Part shown: piece by piece, positions 10,673-18,782 of the stretch
How positions within the stretch are numbered: position 1 is the stretch's first letter
How the letters are laid out: the number at the start of each line of letters is the position of its first letter
Source of the DNA: an uncultured Gemmatimonadales bacterium
Lineage (GTDB): Bacteria > Gemmatimonadota > Gemmatimonadetes > Gemmatimonadales > GWC2-71-9
Reading direction: 5' to 3'
NCBI GenBank assembly: GCA_963844035.1
Contig: CAWJMT010000004.1
Location: forward strand, 391,566-455,565
DNA: 64,000 bases
Notes under the pieces: model-generated
What the model saw: only the letters and a program-made list of their open reading frames with translations
Database searches by the model: none
Told to the model about the DNA's origin: nothing
Made by a program: the position numbers and the translations under genes

Positions 10673-11451
10673 GCGCGCTGCTGTCGATCGAGGAGCTACG
10701 CTTGTGCTTCGCCGAGCGCGTGGTGCTCGAAGACCTGTCGCTCGAGGTGGCGCGTGGCGAAGTGGTCGCGCTGATGGGGCTGTCCGGTGCCGGGAAAACG
10801 TCAGTGCTGCGAGCGGTGGCGGCGTTGCAGCCGTTCGAGACCGGCCGCATCGAGGTGGACGGCGTCGCGCTCGCGCCGGGGCGCGTCCCGCCTGAATCGC
10901 GGCTCTCCGAGCTACGCCGCCGCGTTGGGCTGGTATTCCAGAGCCACGCACTGTTCGAGCACCTGAGCGCGCTCGAGAACGTCACCCTCGCGCTGTGCCA
11001 CGTGTGGGGCCGCCCTACGCCCGAGGCGGAGCGGCTCGCGCTCGACCTGCTGCACGCCCTGGGCGTGGGCGCGCGCGCGCAGGCGTTGCCCGCGCGCCTG
11101 TCGGGCGGCGAGGCGCAGCGCGTGGCGATCGCCCGCGCGCTTGCACCCGATCCTCCGCTCTTGCTCATGGACGAGCCGACTGCGGCGCTCGACCCGGCGC
11201 GCCGTGGCGCACTCGGTCAAACGCTGCGGCGTCTGGCGGCCGATGGACGTGGTTTGTTGGTATCGACGCATGACGTCGCATTTGCGCGGGCGTACGCCGA
11301 TCGCGTCGTCATCCTCGCTCAGGGAGCGGTAGTGGAATCCGGTGAGGCGGACGAGGTGCTCGATCGACCGACCCACGATGCGACGCGGGAGCTGCTGGAG
11401 GTGAAGCGGCGGACGGGCGGTCTGGCGGTCTGGCGGACCTTTCTGACTTGA
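10669..11451 (+). CDS. Amino-acid ABC transporter ATP-binding protein
   Basis: GLSGAGKT, LSGGEAQRVAIARAL and LLMDEPT motifs. Confidence 0.92.
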   Translation: MSALLSIEELRLCFAERVVLEDLSLEVARGEVVALMGLSGAGKTSVLRAVAALQPFETGRIEVDGVALAPGRVPPESRLSELRRRVGLVFQSHALFEHLSALENVTLALCHVWGRPTPEAERLALDLLHALGVGARAQALPARLSGGEAQRVAIARALAPDPPLLLMDEPTAALDPARRGALGQTLRRLAADGRGLLVSTHDVAFARAYADRVVILAQGAVVESGEADEVLDRPTHDATRELLEVKRRTGGLAVWRTFLT

Positions 11452-11466
11452 CCGCCCGACCGCCGT
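11407..11466. repeat. Inverted pair of GGCGGTCT / GACCGCC short-repeat arrays between convergent genes
   Basis: ggcggtctggcggtctggcgg ... gaccgcccgaccgccg; the same unit recurs at 18570-18615. Confidence 0.6.
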
Positions 11467-11469
11467 TGC

Positions 11470-11799
11470 TTCTTGACCGCGACTCCAGTGCCCGTCGACC
11501 CAATACCAGCGGCCGCGCTTGTGATTCCAGTGGCCGGGCACCCACCGGCGGTAACCGCGCTCGAGCGGCACCCAACGGCCCCGCACCCAGCGGTAGTTGT
11601 TGTGCTCCCACTTCCAGTAGCCGGCGACCCACACGTAGTTCGGCCCGGGCGCCGGGACGATCATCTCGACGCGGTCGGGTGGCGGGCGACGCTCGGTGTA
11701 CACCAGGTCCACCGACAGGCCGCTGCCGGCGCAGGCCAGCGCGGCGCAGAGTACCAGGCTCGCTCCGAGTGCTCGGAGATGCGTCGTGAGGTTTTTCAT
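11470..11799 (-). CDS. YXWGXW-repeat secreted protein or lipoprotein (3' end uncertain)
   Basis: Signal peptide with LAC; PPP..., VWVAGYW, WVRGRW, WVPGHW and WVDGHW repeats. Confidence 0.75.
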
Positions 11800-11954
11800 A
11801 GACTCGACTCCTTTCACCCTCCGAGGAGGGTATCGTGCTGCGGAAGGTCCAGACTAAAAGTTTCGCGGCGCGGCAGTTGTGAGATAGCGCACAAACTCGA
11901 TGCGCTGACGATTGCGTTTGCGCGTCACAGTGGCTTTCCGGCTAAACTGTTCCC

Positions 11955-14867
11955 GTGGCCTTCGACCCACTCCCAGAGCAACGTGCCGCCATCGAGGCGC
12001 CACTCGGCCCCGTCCTCGTCATCGCGGGACCGGGCGCCGGCAAGACGTACTGCCTGGTCGCACGGATCAATCATCTGATCGCAGCGGGCACCGTTTCGCC
12101 CGAGCGCATTTGCGCCGTCACGTTCACCAACCGCGCCGCCGAGGAGATCGCGGCGCGCCTGAAGCACACCCTGGGGGACCGCGCCGAGGCGATCACCCGC
12201 GGCACGATCCACGCCCTGTGCCTCGGCCTGCTGCGCGAGCACGCCGAGCTGGCGGGGTTGCGTAAGGGGTTCGGGGTGGCCGACGACCCCTATCAAAAGG
12301 TGATCCTGAAGCGGCTGGGCGTGCCCCTGAGTCATCGCGGGGGGCTGTTGAACCGGTTCAGTCGCCACCGCGCCCAGGACTACGAGCTGACGGCCGACGA
12401 CATGCGGCTGTATCGCGAGTACGCCGCGTGGCTCGCGGGTCGCAACATGGTGGACTTCGACGACCTGGTCACCAAGGCGCGCGAGCTGCTGCGCACGCAT
12501 TCGGGACTAGCCGAGCGCGTCGCCGCACGCTGGGACTATCTCCTGGTGGACGAGTTCCAGGACGTCAATCCCGTGCAGTACGACCTGCTCAAGCGCCTGG
12601 CCACGCCGCACGACAACTTTTTCGCCGTCGGCGACGACGAGCAGTCGATCTTCACGTGGACCGGGGCCGACCCGTACGTCCTCAAGCGCTTCAGCACCGA
12701 GTACGGGATCGAGCGGCCGATCGTACTCGACAAGAACTGCCGCTGCTCGCGGCAGATCTTCGAGACTGCGCGGCGCGTGCTGGCGCAAAATCCCCAATTG
12801 TTCGACAAGCAGCTCACTGCCGAGCGGGAGTCGCGGTATGAAGTCACCGCGGTCGCCTTTCAGGACGAGCAGGACGAGGCGGCGTGGATCCTGGAAGACA
12901 TCCAGAGCGACCGCGCGGCATCGGGATTGAGTTGGGGCGCCTATGCCCTGCTGTACCGCAAGCACAAGGTCGGTGACTACCTGGAAGGGCGTTTGTTAAA
13001 GGAGGGGATTCCCTGCCGCCTGGCGCGCGGCCGCTCGCTGGTCGAGGACGACGTCATCAAGTACGTCGTGGCGGCGTTACGCATCGTGCGCGACCCGGGG
13101 GACCCCGTCGCGCTCGAAGTGTTCGCGCGCTGCGTGCTCTCGGAGAACTTTCTCCAGGAAGTTCAGGGGGCGATCGGCGCCGCGGACGACTTCTTGGCGG
13201 CGGTGCGCGCGTTGGCGGGGCGCCGCCCCGCGACCGACCCCGATACGCGCAAGCTGTGGCGCTTGGTCTTCCAGGTCGAGAACTTCCACGCCTTGAGCCG
13301 CTCCCACGTCGCCCTGGCGCCGCTCGTGGACGAGATCCTGTCGCAGAGTGTCGGGCCCTACAAGAACGTCCTGGAAGAGCGCCACGACGAGCTCAGCGAT
13401 CCCGCCGATAGCCCCGAAGTCAGAGCCCTCGCCGAGCGACTTGCGCCGGCGCTCGCGGGAGAGCGCAGCGTCGCGATCTCACACCGCAGGGTGGGCTCGA
13501 GATCGCGTTGCGAGGCATGCTCGCGGCCGCCGGGTTCCGGCACGTTCGCTCGGACCTGAACGGCGATCTCGTCATTGGAGCGGGGGATGGAGGCGCGCGC
13601 GGGCTGGCGCTCACCCTGTTCAAGGCGCTCCAGCTGTTGCACGCCAAGGATCTGGACACCCCGCTCGAGCGCTACGTCACCTTTGACCTCGAGACCACGG
13701 ACAACGACGTGGCCAGCTGCGGCGTGGTCGAGATCGGCGCTGCGCGCGTGGTGCGCGGTGAGATCGTGGCCCGGTTTCATACGCTGGTGCAGCCACACCG
13801 GCCGATCTCGCCCAAGGCGAGCGCGATCCACGGCTACACCGATCGGGACCTGGCCGACGCACGCTCGTTCGCCGAGGTGTTCCCCGAATTCCGCGCGTTC
13901 GTGGGCGACGATCTCGTCATCGCGCACAACGGCCAGAAGTTCGACGTCCCGGTGCTGCGCCGTTTGGCCGCCGGTGCGGCCGGCGTGGACACCCTGGCCT
14001 TCTATGATACGCTCCCGCTAGCGCGGTCGCTTTCTAAGGACAGCGTCACGCAGGAGAACCTGGCGCATCGCTTCGGGATCGACGGCGGCAGGGCGCATCA
14101 CGCGTTGGACGATGCCGTCACCCTGGCCGGGATCTATCGCGAGCTCGAGCGCCAGCGCGGCGTGCGTGCACGTAAGGCCGTGCTCGTACACATCCTCGAT
14201 TATCTTGGGCTCGCCCTCGCGCTCGAGGGTCCTGACGACCCGAGCAGAAGCGAGCGGGGAGCGAGCGCTGCTGTTCGACATCGCGCGGGTCCGCACGCTG
14301 GGCCGCTATGGCGACGCGTTGCGGTTCTACGAAGTCGAGCGCGACCGCGCCGGCGCATCCTCCGGGCCAACACTAGACGAAGTGATCGAGCGGTTGGGTG
14401 GAGCCGCCATGATGACTCGCCTGCGCGCCGACCCGGCAGAGCGCTATCCGGCGGCGCTCGCTCGCCTGCGCGCCCTCATGGAGAGCAGCACCGAACGGAC
14501 GTTAGCCGAGAGCATCGATCGCCTGCTCGAACGCATCGCGCTCTCGACGTCTGATGGGGTCGAGGTCGCGCCCGACCGGGTCAATTTGCTCACACTGCAT
14601 TCGACCAAGGGATTGGAGTTCTCGCGCGTCTACGTCGTTGGGGTGGAGGACTATCAGATCCCGGGATTCCACGAGACCAGGGAGCAGCGGGAGACTGATA
14701 TCCAGGAGGCGCGCCGTCTCTTGTACGTCGGCATGACTCGGGCGCGGGAGCGCCTGGTGTTGACCCGCGTCGAGCGGCGGTTCGGCATGGACTCAGGAGG
14801 CAGCGCGTTTCTCGAGGAGATGGGGCTCGAGGTTTCCACAGCCGACGCTTCATACAAGGAGAGTTGA
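11955..14867 (+). CDS. UvrD/PcrA-family helicase with inserted DEDDh 3'-5' exonuclease domain (two apparent frameshifts)
   Basis: AGPGAGKT, LVDEFQD and VGDDEQSIF; FDLETT, AHN..FD and AHHALDD; LTLHSTKGLEF and EARRLLYVGMTRA. Confidence 0.88.
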
Positions 14868-15914
14868 TGAAGCGGCGGGATTTCATTCGGTCGGCGAGCA
14901 TCGTCTCGGCGGGCTTGGCGCTCGGGAAGAAGGGGCAGCTCCTCGCCCGGCCCAAGAAGGCGAGCGGGTGGCGCACCTTCGAGGTCACGACGAACATCGA
15001 GGTTCTTAGCCCCAAGGGAACGACCCGCGTGTGGGTTCCGACCGGCCTCGTCGGCGACACCCCCTATCAGCGCACGCTCGCCAACCACTTCGATGCAGGG
15101 AATGGCTCGGCGCGCCTGGTTCAGCGTACTGCGGATGCGCTAGGCCTGGTCGCCGCGGAGTTCCCCGAGGGCACGAAGCCCGCCCTGACCGTCACGAGCC
15201 GCATCGCGACCCGCGATCACGCGGTCGATCTCAACGGCGCCGCGCGGCACCCAAGGCGAGAGTCGCGCGGACCTGGAGCACTTCCTGCGCCCCACCAAGC
15301 TCATACCCACCGACGGCATCGTGAGGATGACGGCGGGCGATATCACCAGGGGTGCGCGCACCGATCTCGACAAGGCGCGCGTGATCTACGAGTGGATCAT
15401 CGACAACACCGCTCGCAATCCCAAGACGCGCGGCTGCGGACTGGGCGACATCCGGTTCATGCTCGAGACCGGGGACCTGACCGGCAAGTGCGCCGACCTG
15501 AATGCGTTGTTCGTGGGACTCGCGCGCGCGTCCGGCCTGCCGGCGCGCGATGTGTACGGCATCCGCGTCGCCAAGTCGGAGCTGGGCTACGCGAGCCTCG
15601 GACCCGCGACCGGGAAGATCACCAAGTCCCAGCACTGCCGCGCCGAGGTGCACCTCGAGCAGTACGGCTGGGTCCCCGTCGATCCCGCCGATGTCCGCAA
15701 GGTGGTGCTCGAGGAGCCGCCCGGACACCGGCCGCTCGACGACGAGCTCGTGAAGCAGGCTCGCGCGCGGCTGTTCGGGTCGTGGGAGATGAACTGGATC
15801 GCCTACAACTTCGCGCACGACGTGGAACTGCCGGGCTCCTCGGGCAAGCCGGTCGGGTTCCTGATGTATCCGCAGGCCGAACGGCGGGCGGCGACGCTGA
15901 TCCGTACGCATTAG
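14867..15914 (+). CDS. Tat-exported transglutaminase-like protein (frameshift ~15260)
   Basis: KRRDFI twin-Arg signal; GKCADLN, QHCRAEV and GWVPVDP (C-H-D triad). Confidence 0.85.
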
Positions 15915-15950
15915 ATCACCTGAAGTCGATGCCTTCACCTGAGGACTCAT

Positions 15951-16478
15951 ATGCGTTCAATCAGACAGTTCGCCCTGGCGCTGCTCCCGTTGCCTATGCT
16001 ACTCACCGTCGCCCCGCGCACGGTGAGCGACCTCCACGAGGACGTCGTCGAGACGATCGCCGAGTTCAAGAAGAAGGATCCGGGGATGGAGAAGTTCTTT
16101 GCCGGCTCAGCCGGGTACGCGGTGTTCCCCACGGTGGGGAAGGGTGCGATCGGCATCGGCGGAGCGCACGGCACTGGCGAGCTGCTGGTGGGCGGCAAGG
16201 CGATCGGCAAGGTGACGCTCTCGCAGGTGACCGTCGGCTTCCAGCTCGGCGGACAGTCGTACTCGGAGGTCATCTTCTTCGAAAAGGAATCCCCGCTCCA
16301 CGGCTTCAAGAAGGGCGACTTCGCCTTCGCGGCCGAGGCTTCGGCGGTTGCTCTGACCTCGGGCGTGTCGGCGAATGCCGCCTACCGCAACGGTGTCGCG
16401 GTGTTCACGATGGCGAAGGGCGGCCTGATGTACGAGGCGAGCATCGGCGGCCAGAAGTTTGACTACAAGCCGTACTAG
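15951..16478 (+). CDS. Ysc84/SYLF lipid-binding domain protein
   Basis: YAVFPTVGKG, GGAHG.G, GFQLGGQ and GGLMYEASIGGQKF motifs. Confidence 0.85.
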   Translation: MRSIRQFALALLPLPMLLTVAPRTVSDLHEDVVETIAEFKKKDPGMEKFFAGSAGYAVFPTVGKGAIGIGGAHGTGELLVGGKAIGKVTLSQVTVGFQLGGQSYSEVIFFEKESPLHGFKKGDFAFAAEASAVALTSGVSANAAYRNGVAVFTMAKGGLMYEASIGGQKFDYKPY

Positions 16479-16487
16479 CCAGTCGCC

Positions 16488-16737
16488 CTATTTCAGAACC
16501 TTCAGCCCCTTGAGTATCAGGATGAGCAGAACGGCCCCTGCCACCGCGATGAGCCAGCCCGCGATCGCACCCGACGTTCTCAGTCCGAGGAGCCCAGCCA
16601 CCCAGAAGCCGAGAAACGACCCGATGATGCCGACGACCACGTTGGCGACGATGCCCCATCTGGGCATTCGTCTTCATCACGATACTCGCCAACCACCCCA
16701 CTACCCCGCCGATGATCAACGTTATGATGATACCCAT
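16488..16737 (-). CDS. GlsB/YeaQ/YmgE transglycosylase-associated membrane protein (frameshift ~16655)
   Basis: IIGGVVGWLASIVMKTNAQMG, then ANVVVGIIGSFLG...GAVLLILILK in the next frame. Confidence 0.8.
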
Positions 16738-16884
16738 GTTGTTCCTCCCTTTCGCGTACCTGCGGTCCGGGCGTGCGGGAACATCTGGGGTCAAACCTTC
16801 CCGCGAGCCGAGTGGGAGGTATTGGCCTTTAGGGAGGGAGGGCCTCATGATATCGAGCAATCACACTCATTCTCAAAGGGTCAT

Positions 16885-17412
16885 ATGAAGAGACTTGCCA
16901 TCAGTGCCGTCGCGCTGCTCGTCGTGCTCTCGAGCGGAGCCCAGGGCCAGGACACGACCGGAGCTAAGGCTCACGGGACTCGACCGCAGCGAAGGCCCAT
17001 CAGGACTCGAGCCGAGCCCCGACCGGGGCCGCGGCTACGGCCCCAGCGGGGAATCCGCTCAGCGCCACGTACTCGGTCCAGCTTGGCGATGTCGCCGCCG
17101 GCGTCTCTCTCCGAGATGCTCAAGCTGCGGACGGACTTCGACCCCGCCATCATCAACTACGATCCGACAACTGGAACCGTAGACGTCGGGGTGTTCGGAG
17201 CACCGGCGGCCGGCAGCAAGACCGACCACGCGCGCACGACCCTGGGCAAGTACTGGGATTTCATTCAAGCCGCGCATATCGCTTATGTCCAACGGCGTTA
17301 CGGCGTGAAGCTGACGGTCAAGAACTACAAGCTCATGTACTACGACCGCAGCGTTAAGGAGGGGCCGAAGCTGATTCTGCAGTTCGTGAATGGGCAATAT
17401 TTGATACCGTAG
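16885..17412 (+). CDS. Secreted hypothetical protein
   Basis: Signal peptide MKRLAISAVALLVVLSSGAQG; protein-like C-terminal half. Confidence 0.6.
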   Translation: MKRLAISAVALLVVLSSGAQGQDTTGAKAHGTRPQRRPIRTRAEPRPGPRLRPQRGIRSAPRTRSSLAMSPPASLSEMLKLRTDFDPAIINYDPTTGTVDVGVFGAPAAGSKTDHARTTLGKYWDFIQAAHIAYVQRRYGVKLTVKNYKLMYYDRSVKEGPKLILQFVNGQYLIP

Positions 17413-17416
17413 CGGT

Positions 17417-17567
17417 TTTTCCCCGGGCTGACAGCCCGGGCTCGGCGCAAGAGTGCGCCCTGTAAGGGCGCACCCCGGGCCGAGCGCGCCCTCTTAGGGC
17501 GCGGGTTCACGAAACCCAGGATCCCACCGAAGTCATCCGTGAACCCCGGGCTTGTGCCCGGGGTCAG
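17417..17567. repeat. ~150-bp multi-hairpin REP/REPIN-like element, copy 1
   Basis: Several palindromic stems; highly similar direct copy at 18394-18544. Confidence 0.85.
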
Positions 17568-17594
17568 TAGAGGCTCCTCCGTCTTTTACCAGCC

Positions 17595-17618
17595 GGGCGC
17601 GACATGTCGCGCCCCTAC
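17595..17618 (-). repeat. GTAG-type REP-like palindrome
   Basis: Minus strand reads GTAG-GGGCGCGACATGTCGCGCCC. Confidence 0.65.
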
Positions 17619-17762
17619 ACCCGGCGTGGTTTCGTCCCCCCTCGCGTGTTTCGGGCACCTCAACCCTTCGGTATGGCTTGCATGGTCTCGACGTGGGCGG
17701 CAGCACGTATGGGATCACGCGTCTCGGCCTTCGGGATTGCCTGGGTTCGCAGCCGGAAAGGT

Positions 17763-17846
17763 GCTGGTGTGGCGAAACAGGTAAACGCGGAGACCTCACA
17801 CGTCTCTGGGCGAAAGCCCTTGTGGGTTCGAATCCCACCACCAGCA
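17763..17846 (+). tRNA. Type II tRNA with a tRNA-Leu body but a CAC (Val) anticodon; CCA not encoded
   Basis: Acceptor GCTGGTG/CACCAGC with A73; D arm GCGAAACAGGTAAACGC; anticodon stem GAGAC/GTCTC with loop CT-CAC-AC; variable arm GGGC-GAAA-GCCC; T arm GTGGG-TTCGAAT-CCCAC. Confidence 0.93.
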
Positions 17847-17863
17847 CCCTCCCCGCACCACTC

Positions 17864-17892
17864 TTGACTCGGCGATGAGCCGAGATGAAGTT
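17864..17892 (+). promoter_or_regulatory. Putative sigma70 promoter of sRNA1 (TTGACT-17 nt-GAAGTT)
   Basis: Same -35 box, spacing and GAnGTT -10 box recur at 18669-18697, although most of the spacer differs. Confidence 0.6.
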
Positions 17893-17898
17893 GTCACT

Positions 17899-17970
17899 AC
17901 GTGTGAGGTCTCCGCGTAGTGCGCCGTTCGCTACGCTGCTGAAGGCCGGAGGGGCAACCCTCCGGCTTTC
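17899..17970 (+). ncRNA. Putative sRNA antisense to the anticodon arm of the upstream tRNA (copy 1)
   Basis: 17899-17917 is the exact reverse complement of 17785-17803; followed by a GCGTAG/CTACGC hairpin and a terminator. Confidence 0.7.
17941..17970 (+). terminator. Intrinsic terminator
   Basis: GCCGGAGGG-GCAA-CCCTCCGGC-TTTC. Confidence 0.75.
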
Positions 17971-18002
17971 GCATTTCCGGGACGGAGGGAGTGCCTTCGT
18001 GA

Positions 18003-18027
18003 TACCGCGGGGCATGGCCCCGCGGTA
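18003..18027. repeat. REP-like palindrome
   Basis: TACCGCGGGGC-atg-GCCCCGCGGTA. Confidence 0.55.
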
Positions 18028-18047
18028 AACCCACCCGGACCAGGCTC

Positions 18048-18383
18048 GTCCGCGCGCACTTTGCGACCGTCAGCGAGCATCTTCCAATTGTCCGCGCGCA
18101 CGTTGTGATCGTCAGCGGGCATCTTCCGACTGTCCGTGCACACTTTGCGACCGTCAGCGAGCATCTTGCAACTGTCCGCGCACGTCTTTCCGCTGTCAGC
18201 GCACACTTTGCGACTGTCCGCAGGCACTGGGGGACTGTCCGCGCGTTCTTGGGCGTGATCCGGGGACACTTTGCAAACGACAGAGCGCACTGGGCGATTG
18301 TCCGAGCGCTTTGGGGGACGGTCCGGGGACATCGGGGGATCGTCAGCGCGTCTCTTGCAACAATCCGAGCATTCCTCGGGCCG
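18048..18383. repeat. Degenerate 21-bp tandem array, 16 units, no indels, open on both strands
   Basis: Consensus ~GTCCGCGCGCACTTTGCGACT; the first 8 units alternate GTCCG/GTCAG. Confidence 0.85.
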
Positions 18384-18393
18384 AACCGCGTCC

Positions 18394-18544
18394 TTTTCCC
18401 GGGCTCATAGCCCGGGCTCGGCGCGAATGTGCGCCCTGTAAGGGCGCACCCCAGGCCGAGCGCGCCCTCTCAGGGCGCGGGTTCACGAAACCCAAGATCC
18501 CGCAGAAGTCATCCCGTGAACCCCGGGCTTGCGCCCGGGGTCAG
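18394..18544. repeat. ~150-bp multi-hairpin REP/REPIN-like element, copy 2
   Basis: Direct copy of 17417-17567, with differences mostly in loops and linkers. Confidence 0.85.
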
Positions 18545-18621
18545 CACAGACGGCGACGACGTGACAACCCGACCGCCCGACCGCCGCCTTTGTGGTTTGA
18601 CCGCCTGACCGCCGCATCACA

Positions 18622-18651
18622 TTGTGGGTTCGAGTCCCACCACCAGCACCC
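18622..18651 (+). pseudogene. 3' fragment (T arm plus acceptor strand) of the same tRNA
   Basis: TTGTGGGTTCGAGTCCCACCACCAGCACCC matches 17820-17849 at 29 of 30 positions. Confidence 0.85.
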
Positions 18652-18668
18652 CCACTCTTAGGTGTCCA

Positions 18669-18697
18669 TTGACTCGGCCGCGGCAATTCACGATGTT
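18669..18697 (+). promoter_or_regulatory. Putative promoter of sRNA2 (TTGACT-17 nt-GATGTT)
   Basis: Same architecture as 17864-17892. Confidence 0.6.
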
Positions 18698-18703
18698 TTC
18701 ACT

Positions 18704-18773
18704 GTGTGAGATCTCTGCGTAGCCAGTTTCGCTACGCCAAGAAAGCCGGGGAGCGTAACGCTCTCCGGCTTTT
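18704..18773 (+). ncRNA. Putative anti-tRNA sRNA, diverged copy 2
   Basis: GTGTGAGATCTCTGCGT, then GCGTAGC/GCTACGC hairpin, then AAAGCCGGGGAGCG-taa-CGCTCTCCGGCTTTT terminator (possibly bidirectional). Confidence 0.65.
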
Positions 18774-18782
18774 GAGGCGTGT

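Noticed and set aside
17797..17799. CAC anticodon as a sequencing error of tRNA-Leu(CAG/CAA)
   Set aside because: Two separate downstream segments (17901 and 18704) contain the complementary GTGTGAG, so three concordant errors would be needed.
17901..17906. GTG-TGA minigene at the sRNA 5' end (CreT-like)
   Set aside because: It follows automatically from complementarity to the anticodon loop, and no Shine-Dalgarno sequence precedes it.
17899..17917. Second tRNA gene on the minus strand
   Set aside because: Only the anticodon-arm segment matches; there is no T arm or acceptor stem on that strand.
18048..18383. CRISPR array next to a Cas4-like gene
   Set aside because: Units are contiguous degenerate 21-mers with no repeat-spacer alternation, and no other cas genes are present.
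17820..18651. Integrated prophage/ICE bounded by tRNA att repeats
   Set aside because: Only ~770 bp separate the repeats, there is no integrase, and homology extends beyond the tRNA end to the promoter and sRNA. A decayed att scar is not fully excluded.
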